44,796 bases of DNA, taken from assembly GCA_964479175.1 (NCBI GenBank), contig CAYZLT010000004.1, forward strand, positions 1 through 44,796, in the 5' to 3' direction. Position 1 is the stretch's first letter. Each line of letters opens with the position of its first letter. This DNA comes from an uncultured Solibacteraceae bacterium. Lineage in GTDB: Bacteria > Acidobacteriota > Vicinamibacteria > Vicinamibacterales > SCN-69-37. The notes below the pieces were generated by a model. It saw only the letters and a program-made list of their open reading frames with translations, ran no database searches and was not told where the DNA came from. Made by a program: the position numbers and the translations under genes. Below, in pieces: positions 41,738 to 44,796 of this stretch.

Positions 41738-41925
41738 TGGCGAAACTCTGCGGCACGCAGGAAGGCCTGACGATCCCCGTGCTGTTTAATCAGGCGTAGC
41801 ACAGACTCGCACTCGGCCGCAGTGACTGGGTCGTAGTCCTGCCGGAGGAACCACAGGCAGTGGACGCGATACTCGTCCACGAATGCCCTGAAGGCTGAGG
41901 TATTCAGCTCGGGTTGCGCTGGCAT
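41695..41925 (-). CDS. Small hypothetical protein, possible cognate partner of the NTase
   Basis: 76-aa ORF overlapping the NTase start by 43 nt. No motif recognised. Confidence 0.45.
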   Translation of the reverse strand: MPAQPELNTSAFRAFVDEYRVHCLWFLRQDYDPVTAAECESVLRLIKQHGDRQAFLRAAEFRQWLSPRSNALSADC

Positions 41926-41984
41926 GGGGAAAGTCTAGCAGTTCAAGGAACCGTCCGCATGGAGCGGGATATGATCGTGCCCGC

Positions 41985-42977
41985 ATGTTCGACGACCTTC
42001 AGCCCGGCGCAGAAAACGCCATCCGCACCTGTCTCAACGTCCAGCCCCACGAACGGGTCACCGTCATCACGGACCGGGAACTCCGTCCGATCGCCGATGC
42101 GCTGATTGCGGAAGTCGGCCGCGTGGGGGCGACACATCGCCTGTTTGTGCTCGAAGACGAGGCCCCTCGACCGCTTGTGGATCTGCCGGCCACCATTGCC
42201 GCCGATATGGAACTGAGCGACGTCAGCATCTTTGCAGCCCACGTTCAGCAGAACGAACTGGGCTCCCGCATGCAAATGACGGACATCGTCAATCGCCGGC
42301 GCATGCGGCACGCCCACATGGTGAACATCACGCCCCAGATCATGCGTGAGGGCATGCGGGCGGATTTCCATCTCGTGGACGACATCAGCACGCGCGTGAT
42401 CACCAAGGTCCGCATGGCGAAGCGCATCCGGGCCACGACGCCGGCGGGCAGTGACTTTACGGCGGACCTGAACCCGGACTACCGATGGGTGAAGACGAGT
42501 GGCCTCATCAGTCCAGACAAGTGGGGCAACCTGCCCGGCGGTGAGGTCTTCACGTCACCCGGCGAAGTGAACGGGACGTTCGTGATTGACGGCGTCGTCG
42601 GCGACTGGTTGTGCGACCGCTACGGATTACTGACGGACTCGCCACTGACGGTACAGATTCACAAGAACCGACTGGTCGAAGCCACGTCACCCAACCAGGC
42701 GCTGCGTGACGACTTCTGGGCGTACACACACACGGACGAGAACAGCGATCGGGTCGGTGAATTTGCCATCGGAACGAACATTGAATTGAAGCAGGTCATC
42801 GGCCACATTCTCCAGGACGAGAAGTTCCCGGGCATCCACATCGCCTTCGGCAATCCCTACGGTGCGCATACGGGTGCGGACTGGTATTCGTCGACGCACA
42901 TCGACGTCGTCGGCACCGAGTTCGACATCTGGGTGGATGACGAGCAGATCATGTCGCGCGGCACGTTCCTGATCTGA
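41985..42977 (+). CDS. M29 family aminopeptidase (AmpS/PepS-like)
   Basis: AENAIRTCLNV..ERVTVITD N-terminus, NLPGGEVFTSP and GIHIAFGNPYG motifs; 330 aa. Confidence 0.8.
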   Translation: MFDDLQPGAENAIRTCLNVQPHERVTVITDRELRPIADALIAEVGRVGATHRLFVLEDEAPRPLVDLPATIAADMELSDVSIFAAHVQQNELGSRMQMTDIVNRRRMRHAHMVNITPQIMREGMRADFHLVDDISTRVITKVRMAKRIRATTPAGSDFTADLNPDYRWVKTSGLISPDKWGNLPGGEVFTSPGEVNGTFVIDGVVGDWLCDRYGLLTDSPLTVQIHKNRLVEATSPNQALRDDFWAYTHTDENSDRVGEFAIGTNIELKQVIGHILQDEKFPGIHIAFGNPYGAHTGADWYSSTHIDVVGTEFDIWVDDEQIMSRGTFLI

Positions 42978-42987
42978 TCGAGTCCCC

Positions 42988-44199
42988 ATGATTCCCGCCC
43001 TCCGAGCGCGATTCAACGAGCAGTACTCAGAAGATGGGTACCGCGCGTTTCTTGAGGGCATGACCCGACGGGTGGGCTGCCCGATCGAATTCCGGCTCTC
43101 CGAGACACCCTGCTTTTTTCCACAGGCACTCATGGATTCGCTTGTGGACGCGTCCGAAGTGATGGTGTCGCAGTTGCTGGGGAATGCGGCCTATCGCACG
43201 GCCGCCGACGCGATGGTGCCGGACCGCTTCCGCCTGGCGCGCGGGGAGGATCTTCCCACGTGCGTACAAGTCGACTTCGGCTTGGTGCGCCAACCCGACG
43301 GCCGCGTTGAGGGCCGTTTGGTGGAACTGCAGGCGTTCCCGTCCCTCTATGGCTTCCAGATGGCGCTCGCGGAAAAGGCTTCGGGTGCCTTTTTTAAAGG
43401 CACCCGAAGCCTTTTCCTGGGCGGGCTCGATTCGGCGGGCTACGTCGCGCTGATGCGCGACGTGCTGGTGGGGCCACATGCGCCAGAGCACGTGGTGCTC
43501 ATGGAGATTCAGCCGGAGAAGCAGAAGACGCGGCCGGACTTCCTGGTCACCGAAGCCACGTGGGGTATTCGCGCGGTGGATACGGCCGAGGTCATCAAGG
43601 ACGGCCGGCGGCTGTTCTACAAACGCGACGGCGTGCTCACGCCGATTCATCGCATCTACAACCGCGTGATCCCCGATGAACTCGAACGCTCCGGCGCCCC
43701 GATGCCGTTCGACTATCGAGACGAACTCGATGTCGAGTGGATCGGCGGACCAGACTGGTTCTTCCGCATCAGCAAGTTTTCGATTCCCTGGCTGCGTCAT
43801 CCGTGGGTGCCACAGACGATGTTCCTGTCGGATGTGGGCGAGGTGCCCGGCGATCGCGACCACTGGCTGCTGAAGCCGCTGTTTTCCTTCGCGGGTGGCG
43901 GGATCATTTTTGCGCCGACCGAGGCCGACATCGCGGCCATTCCGCACGACCAGCGCCATCTCTATGTCCTGCAGGAGCGCGTGGCGTTCTCGCCGCTCAT
44001 CAAGACACCGGCGGGCCCCACGCAGTCCGAACTGCGCATCATGATGGTGCGTCAGGGCGACGGCTATCGCGCGGTGCTCCCGCTCGTGCGGATGGGGCGC
44101 GGCAAGATGATGGGGGTCGACCACAACAAAGGCCTGGCCTTTGTTGGCGCCGCCGCGGCACTCATGACAACCTCAGAGGTCGGCCAGGCCGACCTCTGA
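42988..44199 (+). CDS. Hypothetical protein with ATP-grasp-like features (glutathionylspermidine-synthetase / permuted ATP-grasp-like)
   Basis: VQVDFGLVRQPDGRVEGRLVELQAFPS and WLLKPLFSFAGGGIIF .. YVLQERV .. ELRIMMV resemble ATP-grasp nucleotide-binding strands. 10-nt gap after the M29 gene. Normal amino-acid composition, unlike the antisense ORF. Confidence 0.6.
   Translation: MIPALRARFNEQYSEDGYRAFLEGMTRRVGCPIEFRLSETPCFFPQALMDSLVDASEVMVSQLLGNAAYRTAADAMVPDRFRLARGEDLPTCVQVDFGLVRQPDGRVEGRLVELQAFPSLYGFQMALAEKASGAFFKGTRSLFLGGLDSAGYVALMRDVLVGPHAPEHVVLMEIQPEKQKTRPDFLVTEATWGIRAVDTAEVIKDGRRLFYKRDGVLTPIHRIYNRVIPDELERSGAPMPFDYRDELDVEWIGGPDWFFRISKFSIPWLRHPWVPQTMFLSDVGEVPGDRDHWLLKPLFSFAGGGIIFAPTEADIAAIPHDQRHLYVLQERVAFSPLIKTPAGPTQSELRIMMVRQGDGYRAVLPLVRMGRGKMMGVDHNKGLAFVGAAAALMTTSEVGQADL
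43371..43417. repeat. 47-bp perfect palindrome inside the CDS (22-bp arms, TTT centre)
   Basis: GGAAAAGGCTTCGGGTGCCTTT (43371-43392) is the exact reverse complement of 43396-43417. It shares TCGGGTGCCTTTT with the terminator at 1200-1253. Confidence 0.95.
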
Positions 44200-44202
44200 G
44201 GT
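44170..44202. terminator. Hairpin family B copy 2: ACCTCAGAGGTCGG-CCAGG-CCGACCTCTGAGGT followed by CGTTTT
   Basis: 14-bp perfect stem. It overlaps the last 10 codons and the TGA of the plus-strand gene, and lies 4 nt from the convergent ABC-F stop. Confidence 0.75.
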
Positions 44203-44206
44203 CGTT

Positions 44207-44796
44207 TTAGTGCAGGCCGGGCGCTTCGTGGCCTGTGCGTTCGACGTATTCGACGTAGGTGCCCGGGAACAGGAGCGGTTCGCCGCCGCCCAGTTCGAGG
44301 ACGCGCGTGCCCAGGCCTCGCAGGAACGATCGGTCGTGCGAGACAAACACCATCGTGCCCTCGAAGTCCTTGAGCGACTTGATGAGCATGTCCTTGGTGG
44401 CCAGGTCGAGGTGGTTCGTCGGTTCGTCGAGCACGAGCAGGTTCGGCGGGTACATCAGCATGCGCGCGAGCACGAGACGCGAACGTTCACCGCCTGAGAG
44501 AAACCGGATCTTCTTCTCGACCTCGTCGCCCGAGAACTGAAACGCGCCCGCCAGTGATCGAATGGCGCCGACCGTCTCGTTGGGAAAGTCGTTCTGCAAC
44601 TGTTCCCACACGGTCAATTCGGGATTGAGCACTTGCAGCGCCTGCTGCGCGAAGTAGCCCATCTGCACACTGGCGCCGATACGCACGCCACCGGAGTCGG
44701 GCGCCATCGCACCGGCAATCATCCGCAGCAACGTCGTTTTGCCTGCGCCGTTGGCACCCATGACCGCCCAGCGTTCGCCGCGCTGCATCGTCATGC
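44207..44796 (-). CDS. ABC-F family ATPase, C-terminal ABC domain (the N-terminal part lies outside the window)
   Basis: Walker A GANGAGKTT, signature LSGGERSRL and Walker B LLVLDEPTNHLD. No membrane domain. The frame is open to the window edge. Confidence 0.88.
   Translation of the reverse strand, partial: MTMQRGERWAVMGANGAGKTTLLRMIAGAMAPDSGGVRIGASVQMGYFAQQALQVLNPELTVWEQLQNDFPNETVGAIRSLAGAFQFSGDEVEKKIRFLSGGERSRLVLARMLMYPPNLLVLDEPTNHLDLATKDMLIKSLKDFEGTMVFVSHDRSFLRGLGTRVLELGGGEPLLFPGTYVEYVERTGHEAPGLH

Noticed and set aside
43027-44124. 365-aa minus-strand ORF antisense to the ATP-grasp-like gene
   Set aside because: Its composition (runs of H, R, A) and lack of motifs indicate a shadow frame. 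The plus-strand protein has normal composition and is coupled to the M29 gene.
1-44796. Scan for tRNA, rRNA, riboswitch-like leaders, integrase/transposase genes and known multi-gene defence systems
   Set aside because: Reading intergenic regions and ORF translations revealed none. The only mobile or defence-type items are vapBC, hicAB, fic and the NTase remnant. A covariance-model or HMM scan would be needed to exclude small RNAs.

Overview
High-GC bacterial chromosomal window, about 70% G+C in the arg operon by hand counts. It is densely coding on both strands, with about 47 protein genes. I recognised no rRNA, tRNA, CRISPR array, transposase or integrase. The phylum cannot be determined without a search; gene content would fit a soil Acidobacteriota- or Gemmatimonadota-like organism, which is inference only.

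Gene order, left to right:
- 3' end of a PLP-dependent group II decarboxylase, then a YjbR-like gene.
- sixA-like, glutathione peroxidase and a secreted M20 peptidase.
- A YdbS/YdbT PH-domain membrane pair.
- nifJ-type pyruvate:ferredoxin oxidoreductase, translationally coupled to a dihydroorotate-dehydrogenase-like gene.
- A secreted cyanophycinase-like S51 peptidase.
- A divergent arginine regulon with ARG-box palindromes: argR, an argG-like gene and argH on the minus strand; argC-argB-argD-GNAT-argJ-argF on the plus strand.
- A small membrane protein, vapBC, ppa and fic.
- A secreted peptide-degradation operon: two amidohydrolase-fold proteins plus an S9 peptidase.
- Two divergent esterases, followed by an ATP-grasp/YbdK amidoligase pair.
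- A lower-GC patch (33.2-37.4 kb) holding a 695-aa secreted beta-rich protein, a DsbA-like remnant, an HTH-only AraC gene, an orphan receiver and hicAB.
- A tightly coupled minus-strand operon: small ORF, shortened AbiEii-like NTase, alpha/beta hydrolase, GT4, SAM methyltransferase, CarboxypepD_reg protein and nitrilase.
- An M29 aminopeptidase plus an ATP-grasp-like protein.
- The 3' part of an ABC-F ATPase.

Non-coding and structural highlights:
- Three families of repeated palindromic hairpins. One copy is a 47-bp perfect palindrome lying in frame inside a CDS.
- An 89-nt nested perfect hairpin between the two amidohydrolase genes.
- Tandem 9-bp x5 and 7-bp x5 repeats.
- A degenerate ArgG.

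All functional calls rest on motifs read by eye. No database search, folding or statistics were run.
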